From positions 1 through 39,950 of the forward strand of contig JAVRCJ020000056.1 of assembly GCA_034530875.2 (NCBI GenBank): DNA of 39,950 nt. Direction: 5' to 3'. Source of the stretch: Nostoc sp. DedSLP01 (GTDB lineage: Bacteria > Cyanobacteriota > Cyanobacteriia > Cyanobacteriales > Nostocaceae). The position numbers and the translations under genes were made by a program. Positions 17,801 to 27,600 of this stretch are shown in pieces (the stretch's first letter is position 1; each line of letters begins with the position of its first letter). The notes below the pieces were generated by a model that was given only the letters and a program-made list of their open reading frames with translations, made no database searches and had not been told where the DNA came from.

Positions 17801-20800
17801 AAGTAATCTCTTGTGCGTTTGTCGATAAATGCTGACAATTAACAACGCTCAGTTTCCAATTAATCTCTGGTTGAATAATTTGAGAAGGTTCTCCGTCAAC
17901 CGTGATGAAGTTGGTGTGTAGGGCTTCGTGGCGACGAATAATTTCAATTAAGCTTTGTTCTAAGACAGCTTGATTAAGCGTCCCGACTAGGCAAAAACCT
18001 ATTGGTATGTTATAAAAGGCGCTGTTTGGGTTTAACTTGTCTAAGAACCATAGCCGCGTTTGGGCAAATGACAGTGGTAATTCTGCATCCCTTGCCCTTG
18101 GTAAGATCGCTGATGCTGTTAGTTCTAAGTTCTGTTGCTGGAACTGTTGAATGTTTTGGGACAAATCTGCAACTGTTGGTGCAGCAAATAAACTACGCAA
18201 TGGTAGTTCAACTTTCAAGGTGGTACGCACGCGGGAGACTAGTTGTGTTGCTAGTAGCGAGTGTCCTCCTAGTTCAAAGAAGTTATCATGTATACCAACT
18301 TGCTCTACTTTCAGCACTTGCGCCCAAATCAATGACAAGATTTCTTCAATTGGGTTACGTGGGGCAATATATTTGTCTGAAAATTGGCTGTGTAAATCAG
18401 GTATGGGCAAAGCGCGCCGGTCTAGTTTACCGTTGGGGGTAAGCGGTAGAGCATCCAAGACAACTATTGCACTTGGTATCATATACTCTGGTAACTTTTC
18501 TTTGAGGAAAGCACGTAACTCGCTGACTTTAGGCGTTGTGTGTGGCTGTGGTACTACGTAGGCAGCTAGGCGTTTGTCTCCAGGAACGTCTTCGCGGGCG
18601 ATGACACAAGATGCTTGCACGTCACTATATTGGTTCAGAACTGTTTCAACTTCGCCCAACTCAATGCGGAAACCTCGAATTTTAACTTGATTGTCAATGC
18701 GTCCTAAGGATTCGATGTTACCATCAGGTAAATAACGCCCTAAATCCCCTGTTTTGTAGAGACGACCAGAACCAAAGGGGTTGTATATAAATCTTTCAGC
18801 CGTTAGTTTAGGTCGATTTAAATAGCCTTGTGCTAAAAGGACACCACCAATGTACAATTCTCCTGGTACACCAATAGGTACAGGCTGTAAGTATTTGTCT
18901 AAGATGTAGATTTGTGTGTTGGCAATGGGGCGACCAATTAGAGGCAGTAGCGCCCAAGTTTCTACTGAATTATTTAGAGTAAAACTGGTGGCTAAATGAG
19001 TTTCTGATGGGCCATACTGATTGTGCAATGTACAATCACGTAGTCTACCAAACCACGCCGAAATAGCGGGAGTAATCTGCAACCGATCTCCAGAAGTAAT
19101 AATTTCTCGCAAATGAGTATTAACTAACTCACTACCAACAGCGACTTCCGCTAGTTGCTGTAAGCCAACAACAGGAAGAAACATTCTCTCAATTGCTTTA
19201 TTTTCGAGAAAACCTAATAACGCTGATGTATCATGGCGCAATTCCTCTTCAATTAGGAATAATGTGCCTCCAGAACACCAAGTTGTGAATATTTCTTGGA
19301 AAGAGACATCAAAGCTAATAGAAGCAAATTGCAGAGTTTTTGCTCCACGAGAAATTTTGAGATTGTCGCCATGCCACAAGATATGATTGCAAAGTGCACA
19401 ATGGCTCATGGCGATACCCTTGGGTTGACCTGTAGAGCCAGAAGTATAAATTATATAAACTAAGTTATTAGGTTGTACGCCAGAGATGAGATTATCCTGA
19501 CTGCACTCGGAAATTAGTTGAGCATCAGTATCTAAACAAACCCTGCACTGAGAGGAGCCGAAGTGAAGCTGCGCTGGATGTGGCGGTAGTCTATCGAGGA
19601 GTGACTGCTGGGTGAGCAACACTTTAACTTGAGTATCTTCTAAAATAAAGCTTAAACGCTCCCTCGGATACTCTGGGTCAAGTGGTACATAAGCTCCACC
19701 CGCTTTAAGAATTGCCAGCAGTCCTATGACCATCTGTAGCGATCGCTCGACACACAACCCGACTAGGACATCTGCTCCAACGCCCAAGGAGCGCAAGTAG
19801 TGAGCTAATTGGTTAGCGCGGTTGTTTAATTGCTTGTAAGTAAGTTGTTGATTTTGAAACTCTACTGCTACTGCATCTGGTGTCAGATCCACCTGTTCCT
19901 CAAATAACTGATGAATGCACTTATGTAGTGGATAATCTACTTCTGTATCGTTCCATTCCACTAATAACTGCTGTTGCTCAACTTCACTCAGCAAGGGCAA
20001 TTGAGAAATTCGTTCTTCTGGGTTAGCAATAATACCTTCTAGCAAGGTGACGAAATGGCTCGTCATTCGCTCGATGGTACTAGCATCAAACAAGTCAGTG
20101 TTGTACTCCCATATTCCTACCAAACCAGTAGGAGTGTTCTGCACGATTAAAGTTAAATCAAATCTTGCATTTGCGCCTTTCATAGGGAATGGACTTACAG
20201 TTAACCCAGTTAGCTCTAATCCAGATGTAGGCGCATTTTGAAGGACAAACATCACTTGGAACAGTGGTGTTTGACTGAGATTTCGTTCTGGTTGCAATGC
20301 TTCTACCAGCATTTCAAAAGGTAAATGCTGATGAGAGTATGCTTCCATTGCCATTTCACGAACGCGACTCAACAACTGCAAAAAACTGGGGTTAAGAGCT
20401 AAGTCAGTCCGCATGACTAAAGTATTGACAAAAAAGCCAATTAACCCTTCTATTTCACTGCGATCGCGGTTAGCAATTGGCGAACCCACCAGTATATCTT
20501 CTTGCCCTGTATAGCGGTAAAGCAGAGTATCATAAGCTGCCAACAGCGTCATAAAGAGAGTACAACCTTGTTGCTGACTCAGTTGTGTCAGTTCACCAGT
20601 TAGCTTCTGTGAAAGTGCAAACTGCTGATACGCCCCGTTGTCAGTCTGTACAGCAGGTCTGGGTCGGTCTGTAGGTAACGGCAACAAAGCTGGTGCGTCT
20701 TTTAGTTTTTGTTGCCAGTAACTCAATTGGCTGTGTAGTAAATCCCCTTGCAACCATTGCCTTTGCCAAATAGCAAAATCTGCGTATTGAATCGAAAGTG

Positions 20801-23800
20801 GTGTTAAAGGTGACGACTGACCTTGAGAATAAGCATTGTACAATACGGCTAGTTCAGAGATAAGCACACCCATTGACCAGCCATCAGAGACAATGTGATG
20901 CATACACACTAATAAAACGTGTTCTGTCTCGGATAACACTACTAATGTTGCCCTGATTAATGCTCCATTAGCCAAGTCAAAAGGTTCAATAGCTTGTTGT
21001 TGTGCTAACTGCTGTGTGGAGATTTCTTGTTCCGTTGCAGGTAAATGCTTTAAATCAACAGTTGATATTGTCCAATTCGTCTGTTGTTGAATAATTTGGG
21101 CAGGTTTGCCTTCAACTACGATGAAGTTGGTATGTAGGGCTTCGTGGCGATGGATAATTTCAATTAAACTTTGTTCTAAGGCGGGTATATTCAGGGTTCC
21201 GACTAGATGCAAAGCTAGAGGTATGTTATAAAAGGCACTGTTTGGATTAAACTGATCTAAAAACCACAAACGTTGTTGAGCGAATGACAGTGGTAGGTCT
21301 GCATTATCAGCCCTTGGAACTATGGGTGTGGTAGAAAATTCTAGGTCTTGTTGCTGCAATTTCGCGATCGGTTGCGCCAACTCTGCAACTGTTGTTGTGG
21401 CAAACAACTCGCGCAATGGTAGATCCACTTTGAAAATATCGCGAATACGCGAAACTAATTGCGTTGCTAGTAGCGAGTGTCCTCCCAAAGTAAAGAAGTT
21501 ATCATAAATACCCACTTGCTCTACTTTCAGCACTTGCGCCCAAATTTGTGCTAACAGTTCTTCAATGGGAGTGCGTGGGGCTACATAATCCTTTTTGAGT
21601 TCGCTGTTTAAATCTGGTGCGGGCAAAGCGCGACGGTCTACTTTCCCATTGGGAGTAAGCGGTAGGGCTTTTAGGAGGACAAAAGTCTGAGGCACCATGT
21701 AGTCTGGTAGCTTAGCTTTGAGAAATTGCCGCAGTTCGCTAATTTTCGGTGCTACCTCTGTTTGGGGTACGATGTAGGCTACTAGGCGTTTATCCCCGGT
21801 ACTATCTTCGCGGGCAATGACACAGGATGCCTGTACATCACTTAGTTGGCTCAGTAGTGCTTCAATTTCCCCTAACTCAATCCTGAAGCCACGTATTTTT
21901 ACTTGATTATCAATACGCCCTAAGTATTCAATATTGCCATCAGTTAAATAACGTGCTAAGTCTCCGCTTTTGTAGAGGCGAGAATTGGCTTCATCGCTAA
22001 AGGGATGAGGAATAAATTTTTCCTGTGTTAAATCTGTTCGGTTGAGATAACCTCTGGCTAATCCTGCACCACCAATGTACACTTCTCCTGGCACACCAAT
22101 CGGCACTGGTTGTAATTGCGAATCTAAAATGTAAATTTGCGCGTTGGCAATGGGACGACCAATGGTAATTTTCTCGTTTTGGGGAGTGCATTTAGCAATT
22201 GTGGCGCAGACGCTGGCTTCTGTCGGACCATAAGCATTGAAGAAGTTTCTGCCAACAGACCACTTTTTAATCAGTTCAGCAGGACAAGCTTCACCAGCCA
22301 CGACGAGCGTTTGCAGTTTGGGAAGTTCTTCAGTAGGTAGGACTGCCAGGGCTGATGGTGGTAGGGTGACATGGGTGATATCATCATCGCGTAACCGCTC
22401 CATTAAAGGGAAACCAGGCATAATAGAGTCTTTTGTTCCCAGGTATAATGTTGCTCCTGCTCCCAAACTCATCAAAATTTCTGATATACAAGCATCAAAA
22501 CTCAAGGAGGCAAACTGGAGAACTCGGCTAGAAGAATCTACACCAAAAGTTTGAATTTGTGCTTGAGCGAGGTTAACTAATCCCCGATGCTCAACCATGA
22601 CTCCTTTGGGTTTACCTGTGGAACCTGAAGTGTATATTACATTTGCTAGATGAAATGCTGTGACTTCAGTAACAGGGTTTTGCTGATGATTTGGGTCAAG
22701 TTGTGACCAGATTTCATCTATAAATACTAGCGTAGCCCCAGTTGCGGGCAGTCGATCTAGGAGTTGTTTTTGGGTGAGGAGTACCGGAACTTGAGTATCA
22801 TCTAGCATAAAGCTTAGACGTTCAGTGGGATACTCTGGATCGAGGGGTACGTATGCACTACCCGCTTTGAGAATTGCCAGCAGTCCGATGACCATTAAGG
22901 GGGATCGCTCTACACATAACCCAACTAGTACATCTGTTCCCACTTCCAATGAGCGCAACTCGTGTGCTAATTGGTTTGCCCGAGTGTTCAACTGCTCATA
23001 GGTAAGTTGTTCTTTTGCAAAGACAACTGCTACTGCATCTGGGGTTAGCTCTACTTGCTCCTCAAACAACTGATGAACAAGTTTATCCTGGGAATAGTCT
23101 ACTTGAGTTGAGTTCCACTCGACCAACAACTGATGACGTTCTGCGATCGCCAACATCGTTAATTCTGCAACTCGCGCTTTGGGATTGGCGACAATTGCTT
23201 CGAGTAAAGTTTGAAAATGTTGGGCTAGGCGAGTAATTGTACTTCTATCAAATAAATCAGTACTATAATTCCAATGACCCTCCAGACCTCCTGGAACTTC
23301 CCAGTAGCTTATGTCCAGGTCAAATTTGACCATTTCATCAATTGGCAAGGGGATGTTCTCGATAGTTAAACCTGGCAAATTCACACAAGATAATGAGCTA
23401 CTCTGGAGGGCAAATATTACCTGTACTAAGGGATTACGGCTCAAATATCGCTGGATCTGTAACCTTTCTACCAACATCTCAAAAGGCAAATCCTGGTGGT
23501 CGTAGGCTGACAAAGTTGTTTGCCGCACTTGCGCTAAGAAATCAGTAAAGCTTGGGTTGTCAGATAGATCGCCCCTTAATGCTAGGGTATTCGCAAAAAA
23601 CCCCATGATTTGCTCTACACTTTTATGGTTGCGGTTAGCAATTGGGGAGCCAACAACAATATCTAACTGACCGCTGTAACGAGAGAGCAAGACTAAAAAG
23701 GCTGCCAGTAGAGTCATAAACAACGTTGCGTCTGACTCCTGGCTCAATTGCTTGAGGCGTTGGGTGAGGACACGATCTAGTTGAAAACGCTCAACTCCAC

Positions 23801-24689
23801 CTCGGAAGGTCTGAACTGGAGGTCGTGGTCGATCTGTAGGCAATTCTAGTACGCCAGAGACACCTGTTAACTGCTTTTGCCAGTAAGCTAATTGCCGTTC
23901 CAAGACTTCTCCTGTCAGCCACTGGCGTTGCCAAACTGCAAAGTCAGCATACTGGATGGGTAATTCTGGTAGTGGGTTGGGCAATCCTTGAGTGAAAGCT
24001 GTATACAATTGAGATAACTCACGGTTGAAGATGTCCAATGACCAGCCATCGTAAATAATGTGGTGCATCTTCAGCAGCAGTATGTACTCCCGATCGCTCA
24101 AATGGAGTAAGTGAAATTGTATTAATGGTTCACCAGCTATATCCAAGACCTTGGATGCAACGGACTCAGAAATTTGCCGAACCCGGTCAGTTTGTTTTTC
24201 GGCTGATAACCCCCGTAAGTCATAACAGGGCAAACTTAAGTCAGTGGGAGGAGCAATTAGCTGGACTGGTTTTCCGTCTACTGCGGGAAAATTCGTTCTT
24301 AAAATCTCATGGCGGCGAACGAGTTCGCTAAGGCTTTGCTCTAGTGCAGCTATATTTAGCGACCCTTCTAACCGCATAATCAGTAGCAGATTATAAGAAC
24401 GACTGTCGGGTGAAAGCTGGTTTAGAAACCAGAGTCGCTGCTGGGCAAAAGATAGCGGTAGTTCTCCATCTCGTGGTACCTTTTGAATCGAAAACTGATG
24501 AGCCGCCTTAACCTGCTTTGCTTGCTGTAAAAGCAGTATAATTTCTGTTTTTCGTCCAGCTATTTCCTGGCGCAGTGTTGGAGTTAATACCCCTTCGGGT
24601 GCATGACAACGCAAGCGTTCTCCATCAGCCTCTAGTTCAATACCCAAGCTGGTCAGGTGACGAACGAATTCAATAGTACTGTTAGTCAT
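14847..24689 (-). CDS. NRPS2: beta-hairpin docking domain - C-A(Tyr)-T - C-A(Pro variant)-T - C-A(Leu)-T
   Basis: 3280 aa ORF. Three HHxxxDG C motifs, three YTSGSTG A3 motifs, three GGHSL T motifs. Codes DASTVAAVC(K), DVQFISQLA(K), DAWFLGNVV(K). Confidence 0.96.
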   Translation of the reverse strand: MTNSTIEFVRHLTSLGIELEADGERLRCHAPEGVLTPTLRQEIAGRKTEIILLLQQAKQVKAAHQFSIQKVPRDGELPLSFAQQRLWFLNQLSPDSRSYNLLLIMRLEGSLNIAALEQSLSELVRRHEILRTNFPAVDGKPVQLIAPPTDLSLPCYDLRGLSAEKQTDRVRQISESVASKVLDIAGEPLIQFHLLHLSDREYILLLKMHHIIYDGWSLDIFNRELSQLYTAFTQGLPNPLPELPIQYADFAVWQRQWLTGEVLERQLAYWQKQLTGVSGVLELPTDRPRPPVQTFRGGVERFQLDRVLTQRLKQLSQESDATLFMTLLAAFLVLLSRYSGQLDIVVGSPIANRNHKSVEQIMGFFANTLALRGDLSDNPSFTDFLAQVRQTTLSAYDHQDLPFEMLVERLQIQRYLSRNPLVQVIFALQSSSLSCVNLPGLTIENIPLPIDEMVKFDLDISYWEVPGGLEGHWNYSTDLFDRSTITRLAQHFQTLLEAIVANPKARVAELTMLAIAERHQLLVEWNSTQVDYSQDKLVHQLFEEQVELTPDAVAVVFAKEQLTYEQLNTRANQLAHELRSLEVGTDVLVGLCVERSPLMVIGLLAILKAGSAYVPLDPEYPTERLSFMLDDTQVPVLLTQKQLLDRLPATGATLVFIDEIWSQLDPNHQQNPVTEVTAFHLANVIYTSGSTGKPKGVMVEHRGLVNLAQAQIQTFGVDSSSRVLQFASLSFDACISEILMSLGAGATLYLGTKDSIMPGFPLMERLRDDDITHVTLPPSALAVLPTEELPKLQTLVVAGEACPAELIKKWSVGRNFFNAYGPTEASVCATIAKCTPQNEKITIGRPIANAQIYILDSQLQPVPIGVPGEVYIGGAGLARGYLNRTDLTQEKFIPHPFSDEANSRLYKSGDLARYLTDGNIEYLGRIDNQVKIRGFRIELGEIEALLSQLSDVQASCVIAREDSTGDKRLVAYIVPQTEVAPKISELRQFLKAKLPDYMVPQTFVLLKALPLTPNGKVDRRALPAPDLNSELKKDYVAPRTPIEELLAQIWAQVLKVEQVGIYDNFFTLGGHSLLATQLVSRIRDIFKVDLPLRELFATTTVAELAQPIAKLQQQDLEFSTTPIVPRADNADLPLSFAQQRLWFLDQFNPNSAFYNIPLALHLVGTLNIPALEQSLIEIIHRHEALHTNFIVVEGKPAQIIQQQTNWTISTVDLKHLPATEQEISTQQLAQQQAIEPFDLANGALIRATLVVLSETEHVLLVCMHHIVSDGWSMGVLISELAVLYNAYSQGQSSPLTPLSIQYADFAIWQRQWLQGDLLHSQLSYWQQKLKDAPALLPLPTDRPRPAVQTDNGAYQQFALSQKLTGELTQLSQQQGCTLFMTLLAAYDTLLYRYTGQEDILVGSPIANRDRSEIEGLIGFFVNTLVMRTDLALNPSFLQLLSRVREMAMEAYSHQHLPFEMLVEALQPERNLSQTPLFQVMFVLQNAPTSGLELTGLTVSPFPMKGANARFDLTLIVQNTPTGLVGIWEYNTDLFDASTIERMTSHFVTLLEGIIANPEERISQLPLLSEVEQQQLLVEWNDTEVDYPLHKCIHQLFEEQVDLTPDAVAVEFQNQQLTYKQLNNRANQLAHYLRSLGVGADVLVGLCVERSLQMVIGLLAILKAGGAYVPLDPEYPRERLSFILEDTQVKVLLTQQSLLDRLPPHPAQLHFGSSQCRVCLDTDAQLISECSQDNLISGVQPNNLVYIIYTSGSTGQPKGIAMSHCALCNHILWHGDNLKISRGAKTLQFASISFDVSFQEIFTTWCSGGTLFLIEEELRHDTSALLGFLENKAIERMFLPVVGLQQLAEVAVGSELVNTHLREIITSGDRLQITPAISAWFGRLRDCTLHNQYGPSETHLATSFTLNNSVETWALLPLIGRPIANTQIYILDKYLQPVPIGVPGELYIGGVLLAQGYLNRPKLTAERFIYNPFGSGRLYKTGDLGRYLPDGNIESLGRIDNQVKIRGFRIELGEVETVLNQYSDVQASCVIAREDVPGDKRLAAYVVPQPHTTPKVSELRAFLKEKLPEYMIPSAIVVLDALPLTPNGKLDRRALPIPDLHSQFSDKYIAPRNPIEEILSLIWAQVLKVEQVGIHDNFFELGGHSLLATQLVSRVRTTLKVELPLRSLFAAPTVADLSQNIQQFQQQNLELTASAILPRARDAELPLSFAQTRLWFLDKLNPNSAFYNIPIGFCLVGTLNQAVLEQSLIEIIRRHEALHTNFITVDGEPSQIIQPEINWKLSVVNCQHLSTNAQEITLQELAHQQAIQPFDLAKEALVRATLVILSETEHALLMCIHHIVFDGWSMGVFVEELTVLYNAYSQGQSSPLVSLPIQYADFAIWQRNWLQGDVLQSQLSYWQQQLANAPALLSLPTDRPRPALQTFAGTYQQFSLSQKLTSELTQLSQQQGCTLFMTLLAAYDTLLYRYTGQEDILVGSPIANRDRSEIEGLIGFFVNTLVMRTNLAGNPSFSELLTRVREVALGAYAHQNLPFEMLVEALHPERDLSHTPLFQVMFVLQNAPTSQVEMTGLTVSPLAMEGASSRFDLTLIMQNTATGLIGVWEYNTDLFDASTIERMTGHFVTLLEGIIASPQERISQLPLLTEVEKHQLLLEWNNTGINFPLDKCVHQLFEEQVQRTPNAVAVVLGDRQLTYHQLNSRANQLAHYLKSLGVGAEVLIGICVERSLEMVVGLLAILKAGGAYVPLDPEYPTARLRFMLEDAQVPVLLTQQSLLDRLPEQKAHIVCLDTDAPVISRFSQDNPVAEAQATNLAYMIYTSGSTGQPKGVLIGHKGLLNLVFWHQRTFEITSSDKATQLAGTAFDAAVWELWPYLTIGASIYLVKSQILSSLVNLRDWLISNNITISFVPTPLAQELLLLEWPTESLAMRCMLTGGDKLHQYPSGLIPFQVVNNYGPTENTVVTTSGLVVANEQDRISPSIGRAIANTQVYILDENLQPLPVGVPGELHISGVGLARGYLNHPELTTEKFITNPFASGLLYKTGDLARYLPDGNIEYIGRIDNQVKVRGFRIELAEIEALLSQHKDLQACCVIACEETPGNKRLVAYVVPHLQAIPTKDELRQFLANKLPGYMVPNVFVMLEFLPMTPNGKVDRRALPNPDLQQEPSDYVMPNTETEKIIAGIWQKALQVEHVGIYDNFFELGGHSLLLVRINQQLQEIFGLELSIVDMFNYPNIHSLSQYLNNKFKKEDIISKDKFRSEFHNDKKSLRNQQLQSRQQYRSQRKGGK
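19542..19565. repeat. 24-bp SDR-like in-frame insertion in NRPS2 module 4
   Basis: Adds HFGSSQCR in PAQL^VCLDTD; the paralogue reads KAHIVCLDTD. DNA CACTTCGGCTCCTCTCAGTGCAGG on the minus strand. Confidence 0.75.
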
Positions 24690-24691
24690 GC

Positions 24692-27600
24692 TTAAAACTC
24701 CACTACCTCGCTATTGACTTCTTTAATTGATAAATCTTGTGTTACTAAACCGACGATTTCTATGTACGCCGCTATCTCCGCTATTGTGGGAGACTCAAAC
24801 ATCGTCTGTATAGATAAGTTCAGATCAAAAACTAAGTTGATTTCTGACAGAACTTGGGTAGCTAGTAGGGAATGACCACCAAGCTCAAAGAAGTTATCCT
24901 TAACACCAACCCGTTCAACACCCAAGATTTCACTCCAGATCCGGGCCAGTTGTGCTTCAATTGGGTTGCGAGGTAAAACAAAGCCAGTTGAAAGATTTCT
25001 CGTGGCTGTATCAGGTGTTGGTAAGGCGCGACGATCTACCTTGCCATTGGGTGTTAAAGGCAAGGCATTCAGGAGGACAAAAGCTTGGGGAACCATGTAA
25101 TCTGGTAGCTTTTGTTGGATGTATTCGCGTACTAAGGGCACTAGCTTTTGAACTAACTTACCGTGTAAGGGGTTGTTAGTGTAGTCAGTCCATGATTTGG
25201 TAGTGAAGGCTGAACTATCCCAAAAAGCAATTGCTTCTTGCGCGTTTGAACTATTGCGGCAGAACACGACATCATAACAACCATCTTGGCTACTCTCCCA
25301 CCAACTGGAGCGAACAGTGTAGCCGAGTTGCTGCCCCAACTGGTAAAACTGCTCTGGATTAACTTCATTTGTGGACTTTTGTGCTAGTAGTTCCCGCAGT
25401 TGCCCGACTGTATCCACATCGGGGGGGTTTTCTAACCACTGACAAATCTCTAATGCTTCCTGCACCCGTTGATTAGGTACCCGCCTGATTCCCAACAGTT
25501 CTGGTTGTTCCTGTTGCAGCTGATTTTGAATTTGTGTTAACGACAGCTGATCTAGTTGCCAATTTAACCAAGGAGCTACTCTGGCTTGGACATCAGTACC
25601 TATATGGATGGTAACATCATATCGAAATTGGGTTAACTCATTTAGGCTGTTACCGCGTTTGGGCTGAATCTCGACCCAACCAATCTGAGGAAAGTGAGTC
25701 CGCAGGGCAATGAAGAAACCTGGATCGATGACCAACTCTTCTTCAACAGCTACACTCTGATGTACTCGCTGCTGCCATTGCTCAACAGTTTTGTCATCAC
25801 CAACTTGTGACAACTGCACGGCTGCATGGTATGGTGACAAAAGAGGCAAGGAGCGGACATCGCCTACAAATAGCGTACCTTGATTGTCGATTGCCGCGAT
25901 CGCTCCTTCAATTACCTGTAACAGATACTCAACGCTGGGGAAATACTGCACGATTGAGTTCAAAATTACAGTGTCAAAGTCTCCTTGGGGAATACCTTCA
26001 AAGTTATCTGCCATTTGGTGCAGTAGCCGCACATGAGCTAAACCGTCAACCGTGCTGCATAATTTCTCAACGTACTGGATGGCGGCGATGGAATAATCGG
26101 TTCCCCAATACTGTTGACAGTGCTTGGCAATACGAGATAAGAGTAACCCAGTTCCACAACCAATTTCTAATACTCGCTGGGGTAAGTTAGCTTGAATGCG
26201 ACTGACTGTATTCTCCACCCACTCCTGCATTTCCCAATCTGGTATTGGTTCTTTGGTGTAACTACTATTCCAACCACTAGTATTAAATGTTAGGTCATCT
26301 GTGGATGCTTGATTTTGACCGTAGAGTTGTTCGTAGAGTGTTAGCCAATCACTAACATACTCATTCTGCCATTGAGCAACCTGCTGGGGTAATGTTTGAC
26401 TATAAAGTGCAGGAACTAAGTAACCTACCAGACGTTTATCACCAGGGCTGTCTTCTCTAACTACTACAACACTCTCTTGCACTAAGGGGTGTTGACTCAA
26501 AACGGTTTCAATTTCGCCCAATTCAATGCGGAAACCGCGTATTTTTACTTGATGATCTATGCGACCGAGAAATTCAATATTGCCATCACGAAGGTGACGT
26601 ACTTTATCCCCGGTTTTGTAGAGGCGATCTCCAGGCTGCGAACTAAAGGGATTGGGGATGAATTTCTGTTGTGTTAAATCTTTACGGTAGAGGTATTCTC
26701 TTGCTAAACCATCTCCCCCAATGTACAGTTCTCCCGGTACAGCAATGCCTACTGGCTGAAGTTGAGAATCTAATACATAGATTTGCGTGTTGGCGATTGG
26801 TTGCCCGATGGGAATAGTTGTCGCGTCTTCTGGCACATTCTCCACCAAGTACCAGGAAGTAAATGTTGTATTCTCTGTTGGCCCATAAACGTGCAGTAGT
26901 CGTTGCGGCGCACCATTTTTCAGTACTTCTTTCACCCATTTAGGATCAACTGCCTCGCCCCCAAATAGAAGATGCCGTAGCGAACTAAAAGCCCAAGGGA
27001 CTTGTTGGACAATTTGATTGAACAAAGCAGTCGTTAAGAATAAGATACTGATGCCTTGCGATCGCAAAAATTCAGCAAAGTTCTGGGGCGAAAGTGCCAC
27101 CTCTTTGCTCACCCCGACTAACCGCGCTCCGTTGAGTAATGCTCCCCAAATCTCGAATGTGGCTGCATCAAAGGCGCAATTTGCCGCTTGTGCGATCGCA
27201 TCTGTTGATTGTATTTTTATGTAGTTTGTGCTGATTACCAAGCGGTTCACGGCTTGGTGAGTCACAGCAACTCCTTTGGGTTTCCCTGTCGATCCTGAAG
27301 TGTAGATGACATAAGCGAGAGCGTCTGATGTCACTTCGGTTGTGGGGTTGTGCTGGCTTTGTTCAGCAAATGCTGCTGCATCAGTATCAAAACACACTAC
27401 CTGCGCCTGGTGTTTCTCCATCCTATCGGCTAATTTCTCTGTCGTTAACAGTACCGTTATCTGAGTATCATCGATGATGAAACCTAAACGTTCTTGAGGA
27501 TATTCTGTATCTAAAGGTACATACGCTCCACCCGCCTTAAGAATTGCCAACAACCCGACCACCATAGATACAGAGCGTTCTACACAAATGCCTACTAGCA

